Shown here piece by piece: positions 36,634 through 49,555 of a DNA stretch of 64,000 nucleotides (positions are counted from its first letter, which is position 1; the number at the start of each line of letters is the position of its first letter). The stretch is from Basidiobolus meristosporus CBS 931.73. Its lineage: Eukaryota; Fungi; Basidiobolomycota. Location of the stretch: assembly GCA_002104905.1 (NCBI GenBank), contig MCFE01000390.1, forward strand, positions 18,834-82,833. The letters are read 5' to 3'. Position numbers and translations under genes: made by a program. The notes under the pieces are model-generated. The model was not told the DNA's origin. It ran no database searches and saw only the letters and a list, made by a program, of their open reading frames with translations.

Positions 36634-39600
36634 TGTTGTAAGAGTCTTGGAGATATTGGAAGTGATTGGGAGAACAAGTAGATTATGTGGTTTTCACTTA
36701 ATGATTTATTGAATGTAAAAGTAGTATTTATACTTTTACATGGTCTTGGCATTACAAACACGTAGAATAGGTTAAGGAAGGTCCCAAGAGCATGTGTGCA
36801 AAGTTTGGGGCTGTTTGGACAACTTTGAGAATTTTCATGTTCTGGGTACCTGGTATTTTGGTGAAAATATTCTAAGTAAATCCCAACAAGGAATTTGGTC
36901 AGTATTCTCTAGGATTTGTAGGTAATCATCCAAGTGACTAAGTTGGGTAAATATCTTGGTGGAATTACAAATTTTGCAACAAATCTGATGTGCAATGATT
37001 TTCCAATGGCTTTACATGGTATCATGATGGCACCAATATCTCTTGGTCATGAGATGTCAATTTTGCAACAGCATTTGACCAGATCACTGCAGTTACTTTA
37101 ACAGGGACACTATTCATCTGGCCACTTGATATTCCTATTTTAGCACAAACTTGCCCTTATCAGCTTGCACAAACCAAGTTGGGTAGATCTATGACACCTT
37201 CTGGCTCCACTTGGTCCTCTAAATGTGGCCAGTATGGTGATAGCTGATAAGAAGAAGGCTTAGCCATTAATGGCTGGCCAGTCTTGCCTCACAATAGGTT
37301 GCTGCTTGGGTCAAGCAAAATCTCAGTAGGTGGTAAGGCAACAGCTGTGGAAAAATGCTGGGAATATCTGGTGGAGCTAAGTAAGCCCAATAATATATTT
37401 GCTGGTCAATAATGTGATATATTGTTTAGAGCAGTGGTGTAAAGCCACCAATATCAGTGATGGGAGCTTTGAGGATCTACTATTACTGCTTACCAAAAGC
37501 ATTCCAGTGAGATGGGGTCATAGTGCCATCCACCAACAGATATGTTTGTTCCTACATTTTCTACTCTCCCGCTTTAGGTTACCTATAGATTAGTACTATT
37601 CTTGTTATCTTAGTTGATTTGTTTTATCCCAAAAGCCAGCCAACTATCTTACCTGTACCTGCAGATTTCGTTACCAGTACCCACAGGATAGTGTCAGGTT
37701 CTGTCTCTATTGAAGGAAATCTGATGCCACATGGCCAAGACTAAAGAAAATGGAGGTGTATGCCTCACATTATTACCAGATTTCAATAAGGATGTTTGTT
37801 GGCAGGTCCCACTTAGGTGATGAAGGCCATTGTGGAAGAAAGATACACCACCAATGAAGATGGAACAATAGCTTGTCCATCCTTGGTGAGCAATTTATGG
37901 ATTGTTTTTGCCAGAGTGAATGGCAATTCGGAGTTCTCATTGCACACCGACCCTCACCAACCCGCCGAGTCTTCTTACCATGGAGATTTTGTAGGGTGTG
38001 ATCTGGAAGAACAGTTGTCCAACTCTACATCATCCACTTGCTAAACGGTTCGAAGCGCTGCCTCGTGTCAGCTGATGAAAGGATGGATTGTACCGCGGTT
38101 ATACCACCAGCTCTGCCTGGTCTACCCATCCGCATCCTTACCAAATCCTTCCAGGCCTCACCATGAGGGCCATCATTAATTAAATGCATTTACCAACATG
38201 TGTCAGGTCAGACAGAAAACCCGGATCCCTGCCTAATGCTTCCGTGACGAATGCCGAATCGCAGGTCGTCCAGGGAGCCCAGATGAGTGTTGAACGGATC
38301 GTACACCCATTAGCAGCTAGGCTGCATGATGGGCATCATCACCCAGGGGGAGGAATGCATCATGAGCTATATTGGTGAACCATTACAGCATGCCGCTGAT
38401 GAGCAGCGTGGAGACGATTTCGAGATGACTGGCGCTGTAGATGATGGTTGGACACCATATAGGGTGGGAACATGTGTGGGCCCATGACTGATACGATCCG
38501 GCACACTGGCCACTGACCACTGACCATTGAACCGCCAGACTGATATCATCTAGTGATATTCCATGATGTAACCTCGGATCAGGATTCGAGTCCAGCCAGT
38601 CCGAATGAATTGGTTTTCCAGGGGAATCTTGTTTGTTATATCGTAATACAGAATAGGGCCAGACGCTCCAACCCCTCTGAACGGGCCAAGGCAGACCCTC
38701 GCGTGGACGCGCGGTGGTTCTTGGGCCGCGAGTACCGTCCGAACCCACGAGGCCAGTACGATGCCCGACGACCCCGATGGTCACCAGGCTTGGTCGCTCC
38801 GACGGATCACGATTCAGCATCGGGATCCTTTTGGGCTGCTCTCGGACAGGCACTTGGAGAGACAGCAGGCCCATCCGCATGGATGCTTGATAAAGCCGTT
38901 TCCCCTTCACCCTCGTCATATGTGGTAAACTTACGAGGGCGGCCAGGGATGGATGCGATCCCAGCTCGGGTTCTGTATATGGCTGAATGGTTCTGAAACG
39001 GCGAGCCAGCTTCGCCTCATCCTTTGTAATTCCTCCCCAACACGGCCATTCTGCAACAAGGTCAGCCTAGCTCGCAATGCTGTGCCGCACTGGTTACCAT
39101 TTGCTGATCCAACTCATCGAAGCTTTATTTAGCCCGTTCACCGCATTTGGGAGATGACGTGACCTGGCCAAATCCGGCCGAGTCAGTTCATCTGCAATCA
39201 CCGGCCATCGGCCAATGGCCAAACTATCTGATCCAAACAATGGGCGAACCTCAGTGGGATCTAGATGGAATGCACTAAAACCACCTGCATACATTAGGAT
39301 CGCCAACCATCACAAGTCCACCACTCCTCTTCAGATCGGGTGCCATCACGGATTCACCATATGCTCGCTGGTGGGTCAAGCTGGGTGTTGGTTGTCTGTC
39401 GATGGGCTCGCCTAACACGATGGCTAGTGGTTGATTTGGATCGTTCCAATGGCTGGTCCCGATGTGTGTCGCCAGGGCGGACCATGTGATTAATAGTGCG
39501 CTACTTGACCGCACAAGACGCGCACACTGGGATCGCAACGACGTAGCGTTGAGCAGAAATGGCCCAAGTATCTTACATGATATACAAGCTCAGAAGGCGA

Positions 39601-40699
39601 TTTCCAAGGTCCAGGATTGGTCCACCACATGGCTTAACAAACCAAGCTTCAGGTGGATTCTGGCGTTGGCCTTGGCTCGAAGAGGTTACGCTTGGTGGCG
39701 AGAGGGGCAGGGGGAAGCTGAAACCAGTCCAACAACCTTTTGAGAGGCCTGGGGCATGCGATCAAATCGTCGCGGGGCCATTGGATAGCTTGGTGTTTCA
39801 TGGACATGAGGTGAGACCTTCAGAATCCCACTGCACAATGATGCGGATTGATGAAAGCAGAGATTTTTTAGTTAGTTTCATGATTGCATCATGCTCACCT
39901 AGCCTAATCCCATCCATGATGAGGTATTCGTCACATAATCGCTCCGTCGGCCTATGGCCTTGCATCACACTCGTTACACGACTGGAGCTACCATTGCCAT
40001 TTCCAAGATCCTTTCCATTTTCATTTCCATTCACATTACCAATGTAAATCTCAATCTCATCTACCGCAAGTGAGACCAGTTAGTAAGCTCCCCCCCCCCT
40101 CGGCTAAATGTGGACCCACATACCAACCTGCCTCGGGATCGGCCAGTACCTTTCCATTGCCCGCAGAGCTTGACTAGTGAGGCTAATGCAGGCAGCTCGA
40201 TGAAGAGTCTTGGTTGGTGTGCCAGCGAACCACTGGGCGAGGCATCCCAAGCTAGTATTCACTTGGCTCCGAGCTCATATAGCTGACTTCACAGGCAGTC
40301 CTAATATGCTGGGACCCCAGCCAATGGGCAGCCAGATCGGGGTTCTTGATATGGATGTCCGTTTAATGTTGACAACTCATGCATAACGCGCTTCCTCAGT
40401 CCCCACCATCAGCTTGAGGTCACTCTAATCGGTGGGTGGCAGCTTGATGGCATTGTGATGTCATTAGGCAACCAGTTGATCACCAAGTTGGCTCTAACTT
40501 TTTCGGGCCATGATGACAGTGCTGATCCCTGCTATGACTGGTGGGTCGCGGAGAGAAAAATTTATAAAGCCCTGGTGGGCCCAACATGTACGGTAGTTTA
40601 AATTTTGCTCTCCACATTCCTATTCCTTAGGGTCGCCGCCAGGCCAGTTGAATCGATTTTTGTAAATTCGTCCTTTTCCACCTCTTCATCACCCACCAG

Positions 40700-41764
40700 A
40701 TGTCAAAAACCCTATTCGAGATTCAAACCCCACACGACACTTTCTGTCACAATCTACACAACTGGCGGGATGGGCTCAACATCAAGGGAAACCTTCTGCT
40801 CTCCCCATCCGCCACCATCTCCTTGAGCCAGATCACCCTTCGGTTCATCGGTCGATTGACCATTAAGCAGGATTTTCAAAAATTCGAGAAGGTGCTGGTG
40901 GAGAAATCCTGGAGTTTCATCCCCGAAGGGGAGACCTCGCACACATTCGGCCCCCAGCCACACTCGTTTGGCTTCCAATTCGAGCTTCCCGGGGATCTTC
41001 CCGAGTCTCTACACACCCCCAATTGTAAGATCGAGTACACATTCTATGCCACGGCCAAAACCTCCCTGTTTCGGTCCAACCTAAAGGCCAGAAAGGTCGT
41101 GACCGTTCGAAAAACCATCGGGCCGATTCTTGGGACTGACTGTAGCACACGACGCGAAGGGGTTCACAAAGACCTGATCGCCTACGACATCGCCATCCCC
41201 GCCTTGGACTTTAGCCACGGGGACTGTTTCCATGTCAACTTCAAATTCCACATGCTGAAAGAGGGGATTCTACCCAAGTTCATCGCGTGCGGGCTGCGAG
41301 AACGAGTGGTGTATAGGATCCCGATGGAGGAATCCTACACGCACAAGATCTCCGAGGAGTCCTGGGTGATGGCCACCATCGAGTCCTACCAGAGCAACGA
41401 GAACGAGAAAACCCTTCTCATGCAGGTTCCTAAGTCCGCGGACAAGGTCCAGTACAGCCATCTATCGGATTACGTAGAGATCTCACACTACCTTTATGGC
41501 CAAATCCAATTCGCCGACGTCAATGTCGAAGTCAGCTTCCCCGTGTTGATCGCGAGACACGAAGCCATCACCCCTGAGTTGCCCCCCGCCTACGAAGACA
41601 CCCATCTCCTCCCACCCCCCTACCAGCCAATCCACGCTAGTCACACCTCCCGGTTCGACCAGTACCAGATCATTCCCAAACCCATCGTAACTGTCGTAAG
41701 CAAATCAGTGAAGCAAGCCAGACGGATGTCTATGAACAATCCGATCTCCATCCTAACCCATTAA
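40700..41764 (+). CDS. Alpha-arrestin family protein
   Basis: 354-aa single ORF with the arrestin-N signature HSFGFQFELPGDLPESL..KIEY and two C-terminal PY motifs (PPAY, PPPY). Confidence 0.85.
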   Translation: MSKTLFEIQTPHDTFCHNLHNWRDGLNIKGNLLLSPSATISLSQITLRFIGRLTIKQDFQKFEKVLVEKSWSFIPEGETSHTFGPQPHSFGFQFELPGDLPESLHTPNCKIEYTFYATAKTSLFRSNLKARKVVTVRKTIGPILGTDCSTRREGVHKDLIAYDIAIPALDFSHGDCFHVNFKFHMLKEGILPKFIACGLRERVVYRIPMEESYTHKISEESWVMATIESYQSNENEKTLLMQVPKSADKVQYSHLSDYVEISHYLYGQIQFADVNVEVSFPVLIARHEAITPELPPAYEDTHLLPPPYQPIHASHTSRFDQYQIIPKPIVTVVSKSVKQARRMSMNNPISILTH

Positions 41765-44700
41765 CCCGCCGACCCACTCGTATGGCATTAGCCTGGATCA
41801 TTCATCTCACCCCTCCCCGTATTAACCACACCTACATACCATCCTAACTTTAACTTAGCCATTCTATAACCCACCATTCCCCCCGAACTGACCCTAGTTG
41901 GATTATATGTGTATATACTATCGGAGGGCATGATCTATCCATCGATCCCGTATGTATTCCTTGCCCACCTCTCCCGACCACGTTTTCTGTCTTCCATAGC
42001 ATTCAGCATTTTGACTTCCATTGGAACCTGTACCATAGATCTAGTTATCTAAATAACATTAAAAGTAATCGTCCAAACATCACCACGTCAAACGAACGGA
42101 CCGGGTAACCAACTTCTACTTTGGCTCATTTCCAAGCACCCACGCCACTGCAGATGAGCATCATTCGATGCGACCTGGGGCGCGCCAAACCCAACATCGA
42201 TTTCATTGCTCCCCCCCCCCTCCCTCCAATGCTTGGTATGCGGGATGACGAGATGGCGACATAGGTTAGACACCCAGTAGGCCCGATTAGTCAATAGATG
42301 GATCCGATGGGGATCACATGAGGTTGGGTCTCTTCCACCAATCATGCAGGGTTTTGGTGGAATCTGCCGTCTTACGGGAAGGTGGATGTCATCCAACCCA
42401 TGGGCCAATAGGGTCGCCAGATTGGGGATAATTTTGGTGGCACACACACCTGTGTACCTCATGTGTCAGTTGTACGTACGTCAACGGTGTCAGATGGATC
42501 TCCTTCTTGGCATCAATCAATCCCCCAAACAGGTGGTGGCGAATCCTGGAAGGGAGACTGGGAAAGCCCCCATCGGATCCTCTGCCAGTGACTTGGTGGT
42601 AAGTGCGGTTTCCACTTTCGCATTCGTCTTCGTGGCAAGGGGGAGGGTGCGTATCGAGTTCGAACGATCGTGGACCTGGCCAAGAAGTAGCGTGAAATCC
42701 CCGCACCACACCTCACCCATCTCTCCGCTGCAGCACCATTGCCAGAGTCATCGTTGCGTTCAGCGCCCTCCAAAGCGATCCGGGGGTTTCTTAGATGGGT
42801 AGTGGCAGTGGGTTTATCGAGGGAAAGGATCTTCCACTCGGCTAGGAACAAGGATGTGTCGGACACGGTGTGAGTGTCTAGCGTCTAGAACGGGTCATGA
42901 TCAATACCCAGTGCGTCAGTAGGGGGGGGGGGTTCTTGGCAGAGACAACCCTTGTAGGCCAGGACCTGTGATCAGTGGAAAGGATTTTCACCCTACCATA
43001 GGGTGTGTACTCAGCCTCTGCCGGGTCTGTGCCACATCGATGAGCGATCATTTGTTTTGGAGATGGTGTGCTTGGGTGTTGGAATGGCAACCAACTGCCA
43101 TGTGGGTGGATCCGCTGTCAATGACACATGTCCGCAATGGCTCTACTGATGGACCAGGGAGACATCACGAGTAACCGAGGTTTCCAGGCGGTTGGGATGG
43201 ATCAACCAGTGCCATCCCAATCGAGTCGCGGTGAAAATCCCTCAAAGGGTAATCAGCCACCTGAAACTGTCGCTGAGGACCAATCCACCATGAAACCACC
43301 ACTATGGGCACATGCCAATTCCGAGGCTCGCCAAGCGCAGGTTTGGAACTTGGTGGGGTCGTAGGTTGTTTCATCTATGCTTCGTGATCCCCCAACCAGT
43401 TTCTCCGGTTCATCCATTCCGGTCGAATTTCTCCTACAGGCGGATGGAGCGAGTGGCAAGAATCCACAACGGGCAGATACGTTTCTTCGGCCGACACCGC
43501 TCCACAGCTGGCCTGGCAAGACTGGGCCGGTCTTTATGCAGTCTACGGTGAATGCGATTCGCAGTACCGGTGGTAGAAGTAGTGCCATCAGATAAGCCAC
43601 TAGCTTCTATATGGACACATACGGGCCTCGTTTTCATACCATTTGCATAACATCTAGATTGGTAAAAGCATGCTTCGAGAGGACAGCCGATTTTAAAGTT
43701 GGCTCGATAAAAGCATTCAAGTTGATATCATCAGGATAAGTGGGTAGCGGGAACGGTCGAGTTGAGCCTTGGATTGGCAGTAATTTGCAGGGGTGGGAGT
43801 ATTGATGTTTTTGCAAAAAATCGGGATAATCATTGGTAGTGTGCATCATGAATGATCAAGCAGATATCTTTACTCTATAGATTCCAATCGTCCTTTCAAT
43901 TGTCCAAGAAATGGGGAGATATGGAAAGTTGAGGAATCCTCTAAATTGGTTAGAAGACACAATCTTTTCCCTCCCATTCCATCGACTTTTGTAGTATAGC
44001 GCTGCAGCATGTTTGACAAGCTCTACCTAGATTATAAACTTTGATTCCACTTGATTGTGAATTAGAGCAGCTGCTGACTTCCACTAGCTTTAGATAGGGG
44101 ATCATTTGAAATACACCAAATCCCCTAAATTTGGGGCAGGTCAAATGAGATTCATCTACTTATTACTGATATCAATACTTTCAATAGCAAAACCGGGATG
44201 CAAATGAATAGGATGGATCTGCTGCATGTTAAAGGGATACCTCCCAAGGCGTGGTTCAGTGAGCATCTTGAAGCAACACATTTAGAAGCCAAGCAATCTC
44301 CCAGTCCCACCACTCCAATTGATGTTGTGTAAGTAGGTGGATTGGGTGTATTTCCAGAAGCATCAATTTGTTTAGGATTAACACTACGACTCTCTAAGTG
44401 ATGAGCCAGCATGGGGCCATCATTGATCCAGGTAACCGGAAAATATCACGTGAGTAAACTTGTCAAGTTGGGTAGAAACATTCCCTAAGAAAAAATTCAA
44501 CCAAAGACTAGCAGAATACTAAGTTTCTCTGAGTATAGAACCAACAATATCTTAGGTTCTAGCTGTTTCCCAGGCAACGAGGCATATTTTCTAGAAGTAG
44601 ACTGGGATAAAAAGCATTCATACCAAATTTGGTAATAAGCTACTCACTACTTCCACAAAGATTTACAACTAAAAATTTGAAGGAAAAACACCTGCGGAAT

Positions 44701-45627
44701 GCCAGCAAAATACCATCAGAATTACAGCAGAATACCGGCAGATTATCAGAGGGATTTAGTAATTGGGTGTCATTTTACCACTTTGATGCAAGAGATTGAG
44801 TAGCCCACTGGGATGTTGTAGATTTGCCACCCTTCGATAATGTCCACCACAGTAGTAATCCTTAGTTGTATTGAATGATTGATTCCTACTTGAGTTGGTA
44901 GCCCATCATTGAGTCTGGTAACTAATCTGTCCCTGTAAAGGCATGTATCATGATCATCTAGCTGCTGCTATTCAGACTTCGAAACCTAATCCGCTCAGAC
45001 CAGTAGAATCAACCTTGGATACTCACCAACGCTTTGATTTGAGAGCAAAAGAGAAGCTTGAACATGAGCATGATTATTTCAGGTCACGTCGTAAGCATGT
45101 GCGATATAGACGAACCCGAGTCTGTTTCTGCTCTTTGGGAACCGGATCCACCCCCCTCAGCAGACTAAGACAGTATCTGAGGTCGGGTTTATTGACATCC
45201 CTAGATACGGTTGTCTGGCAACTACTCTGCAAACAGGCTAGAATTCTGGTGGCCTCGGCTGGCATGATGGTGATGTTGTCGCACTCCAAGAAGCCATTCT
45301 ATACGGGCTGGCCAATTGATGCTCAGGATTGGTAATCAATTGCGTGCGAGCATAGATCAGGAGCGACCTCCAGCCCCCTGGGTGGGATTGGTCTGCTATG
45401 TATAGAATATTACCCACTGATGAAGTACCCTGAAAATCCACATCGTGACGGTTGCGGTTCGGATTTAGTAATTTCCTCCACATGAGTATGTCATTGTGGG
45501 GAAATCTGCAATGCCGGGCTGACACCTTCAATACCATACACAACATCCAAATAGTATTTGCAAGCAATGGGAGTGTACAAATCGGGTCGATCGTGAGACC
45601 AAGCCTCAGTCTCAAGAAATCCCAAGA

Positions 45628-46470
45628 ATGGGCAAGATTGTTTTGACGGGAACCACCGGGAAATTGGGCTAAGTTTTGAGGCATCTTCTATGTCAGGTGA
45701 CTCCATCAGAGATCATAGTGTCAGTCTACAATGTCGAAGGGCATCAAGACCTGCACGGCCAAGGCATCGAAGCTCGTTCCGGGGACTTTGAAACCCCGAG
45801 GAGTCTGATATCTGCTTTTAACGGCGGTGACGAGCTTTTGCTGGTTTCGCTACTCATCATGGACGACGAATATCGATCGGTGGTACAGATCGGCGCCATC
45901 GACGCAGCTAAGCAGGCTGGCAAAAAGCATATCTACCATACCTCTCTTGCCTATGGCGACGCTAGCGAAGCTAATGTGATGAAGGCTCACTTTGCCACGG
46001 AGCGATATCTAAGAGTATCAGGTCTGAGCTACACCGTCATCCTCGAGTGTTGCTATACGGACAGTGACCCTGTTTACCTTGGTTTCTTTGAGCCTTCCTC
46101 CAATGAGGTAGCGGTGCCTAGAGATGTTCCTGTTTCATATGCTGACCGCGAAGAGCTCGGTGGGACAACAGCGAAGACAATTGCTGGTGGTAAGTATAAA
46201 AATCAGATAGTCACGCTGACCGGCTCGAAAGCGTACACGTTGCAGGAAACCACCGACCTTGTATCTTCATGTCTGAAAAAGCCTATCGCCTTCAGGAAAG
46301 TGAATGATTCCGAGTGGGTGCAACGCCATGCTGACAAGGCCTACGCTGAATGGCGGCTTAGCTCATTCAGATCTATGGAGGGCGGGGACTGCACCCAAGT
46401 CCATCCAGACCTTGAAGAGTTATTGGGCCGACCACGCCAAATAGATGTCCTGCAGGGGATTCTATTCTAG
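45628..46470 (+). pseudogene. NmrA-like NAD(P)-binding atypical SDR with an in-frame TAA at codon 15
   Basis: ATG at 45628 reads MGKIVLTGTTGKLG (Rossmann GxxGxxG), then TAA at 45670-45672. The same frame continues GDFETPRSL..AF, AIDAAKQAG..HIYHTS, KAHFATERYL. Confidence 0.8.
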
Positions 46471-49400
46471 GTGCACTTTCAATCCATGTATGTGAGCGGA
46501 TTACGAATTATTCAATATGGTATCGGGGAATGATGGTAGCATTGATCCCAATTGGCGAGCTTGATATACAGTATTGCTGTATTCAAACTGAGGCGAGGCT
46601 TGTTCAAAGTTGCTTGTAACAATGGAAGGTCTATGATTATTCATACTTTCGGTACTACCGCCTGTGATTACTACACAAGCAATGCAAATGATGTTTCGCT
46701 GACACACATCTTATAGAGAAGATGCATAAATTGAATTTCTACTGATGCTCATGAATCAGAGCTTGGCCAACTTTTCCTTTTATCGACCATGCCTAGTACG
46801 ATGCAGAGAAATACCGGGCGCTACGTTGTTTACTGGCTGCTCTCATATCCTGCACACGGATCATATTTATAGATACTTCCCATTCAAAGCTATTTATATG
46901 TGGGTGTAGGCAGATTCGGAGGTTTGAGCTCGATCTAAACCAGTCGAACTTGGGCTGCTCTAATGATAAGAATGGCACCAGTCTCTCAAGGCGGGCACCC
47001 AATCATCATATTGGAGATGGGTATGGCATTATAGACTGCTTCATTGGGATACTACAACATCATGTCAGATAGTGCCACCCTCAAATACGTATCGAGGCGA
47101 CTTGGGAGTTAGAATGCCGCAGATATGCCTACATCTTTGAGCGTTTGTAGGTACTTCATCGCCGTACAACCACTTTCTAAGAAGTATGCCAAACTCTTCC
47201 CAAAGCTACATGGATCTGTAGCACCCTTTCGGGATTTACCCCCGTTTGTTGCGATATTTGCCTGAAATTCCAGTTCGTATATTTTTTCGAATCACTTCGA
47301 TTTGGGCATTGGGTTTAAAAACTGATTTGCGACATTTGGGGAATTCTGGAATCCAGCCAAGTGATAAGATTGGCTGAAAACCATCTAATAAACTTCAGTA
47401 ACCATACTGCTAAGCCTGATGTGAAAATCCAAGGTGGTGTCTACGATATGATTAGTAAATGCACTCATGAGGTTGTGATATTAAAAATGGGCTATAGTTG
47501 GTGAGTTAGAACGGGCCTCTTGGGGGTGAGAGCGTCTTACATAGGTGAAATAGACACTGGGCATTATCTCCAGCCTTGAATCGGAAGCAAATGGATTTGA
47601 GGAGTATGCCACGGAAAATACGCTCAAAGTTCGGGCTCTTTTGGGAAACTCTGGAAGCTTGCATTCTTTTCAATAACTCGCTGGATCTGAGGAGATTTCA
47701 AGAATACCTTACAGATAAATGCTAACACAAAAGGCCTATTTAGTGCAAGCATCTTCCGTACTATGCTTTGCATATTGATTTGTGTATTAATGTATGATAG
47801 CTAGTCAACAACAAACTACACCAGGAACTCATGTCGTCATATCATGCGTGTCTTTCCAGTCTTATGCGGATTTGGACCTATTGAGTCAAAAAGGGAGCAG
47901 CCGCACATATGTGATGGTGGATAGGAGAGGGAAGATGGTGTCCGTAGAGAGTGCCCACTGAGGTTGATGCTTTGGCGCCATATGCCACTGTTGCTGGTGC
48001 TACTGTAATTGTGGACCAGGCTGCCCTTGTTACCACTGATGCTGCTTATACCATATTCATTGAATTGATTACAGCCCAAACCTGAGGTTTAGCTAGTTGC
48101 GATTGTAGCCACTGTAAATACCAAACATGCCTGTCTGATAGCCCATGAAGCCTGCACTTGACAGCGCTGCAGCTAGAGAGGTGCTTTGGAGATCTACTGC
48201 TAATATCGAACCAAACATTACCGGGATCGCTACTCTTTACAATGACCAAGGCTATTGCTGAAACATCAAGAATCAACGACCATTGGACAACTTGCTTGCT
48301 TGTGATTGGATTTTGCGAAATGATGCATGGTAGGCTCATCAGGCAGTCATTATTCCGCCTCACTAATCATGAAATTGAACAACCTTACTCTACATTTGCT
48401 GATGGGATTCGGCCTAAAATCGGAGATCGCGGATTCTTTAGGCCCCTGGTCCGAGTGCAGTGTTGGGGATTTTTCCAATACTGGTGTGTAGAGCAAAAGC
48501 CAAAATTTCCAATTACCATAAGAGCCTTACATACCACCTAAGGATGCGCCACCATGCACCGTTGCCAGGATTTAGGCTATCTCTGCTGCAAACGATTGGC
48601 TTGCACATAATGGCCCTATCCCAATTAGTCGGTAAATCGTAAATCGTAAATCGATTGAAGATTTTTTCTACAATTCAGGATGATGAAAACAACAGATAGG
48701 GTCCTTCCACACACCAGTCCATATTTGGTTTTTGGGAAATTCCACTCCGCTCTTAAAAAAACCACCAAGTTTCTTCTAAATACCCCGAATCACTTCCAAA
48801 TCCCCCACGCCCACCTAATCTCTTTCCAACTTTCTGTCCGATCTGCGCATAAGTGTTCTAGGGGTTTTCCTTACATGGTGAGCTGCTCATTACTTGGAAG
48901 CAGTTTAGACAGAGGCTCAAAGTAAGCCGAGGTTCCCTTGGTAAGGAATGATACGGTCTAGAACCGAAAGTCTCCTTGAGCTCGGGCTGGTTGCTTCATA
49001 TTACATATTGCTATATGCACCAACAAGCTTAAGACACCCACAGCATTGAATCCCGGGCTATCAAGAATCAGATACAGGGTGGCACCACCAATTTTAGAAA
49101 TGAAAAATTGCTGGAATCATTACATTACAAGCAGTGGGATCTACGGTTTCTCGGGAGTGGTAGATAGTCTAGATTTGCTGAACCTTGTCATCAAACTGGT
49201 TTTCATGGCAACCTATATCGGTGGAATGGTGGGCGCTGTACCATTAAGAAATGATGAGCAGAGATTTCGAAATACACCTCAGGTATTCTTGAAGGCCATG
49301 CACTTTTGACCCGACTCTGTGTGCGCATCGCCCTTGCAACGGCTCTCTTTCCGGAACTTTGGGTCACCTAGGATTGTAAACTAGGCAGGCTTTCCGTTGA

Positions 49401-49555
49401 TGCCGGGCAACGCTCATGATTGGCTATCCATTTAGGACCAATTCATTCCAGGGGGAGGCTCTAACCATATATGTACTAGAGCTATCCGTCTCCGGGCCGA
49501 GCAGCATCCAGATACTTGGAAGTCACGGCTTCGTGTAGAGCATATAAATGGGCAG

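Larger units (their letters stand above)
32298..36981 (-). mobile_element. Ty1/Copia retrotransposon with intact gag-pol ORF
   Basis: LTRs 36634-36981 (5') and 32298-32646 (3'), both TGTTG...CAACA; PBS GGTTATGAGCCC; PPT-like CTGAGTGGGAG; no matching TSD. Confidence 0.95.

Noticed and set aside
36630-36761. N-terminal 44 aa of the 1367-aa Copia ORF
   Set aside because: Lies within the LTR; the same peptide appears at solo and 3' LTRs.
46800-48600. A gene between the NmrA-like and YhgE-like genes
   Set aside because: Only short ORFs with frequent stops and no family I can recognise.
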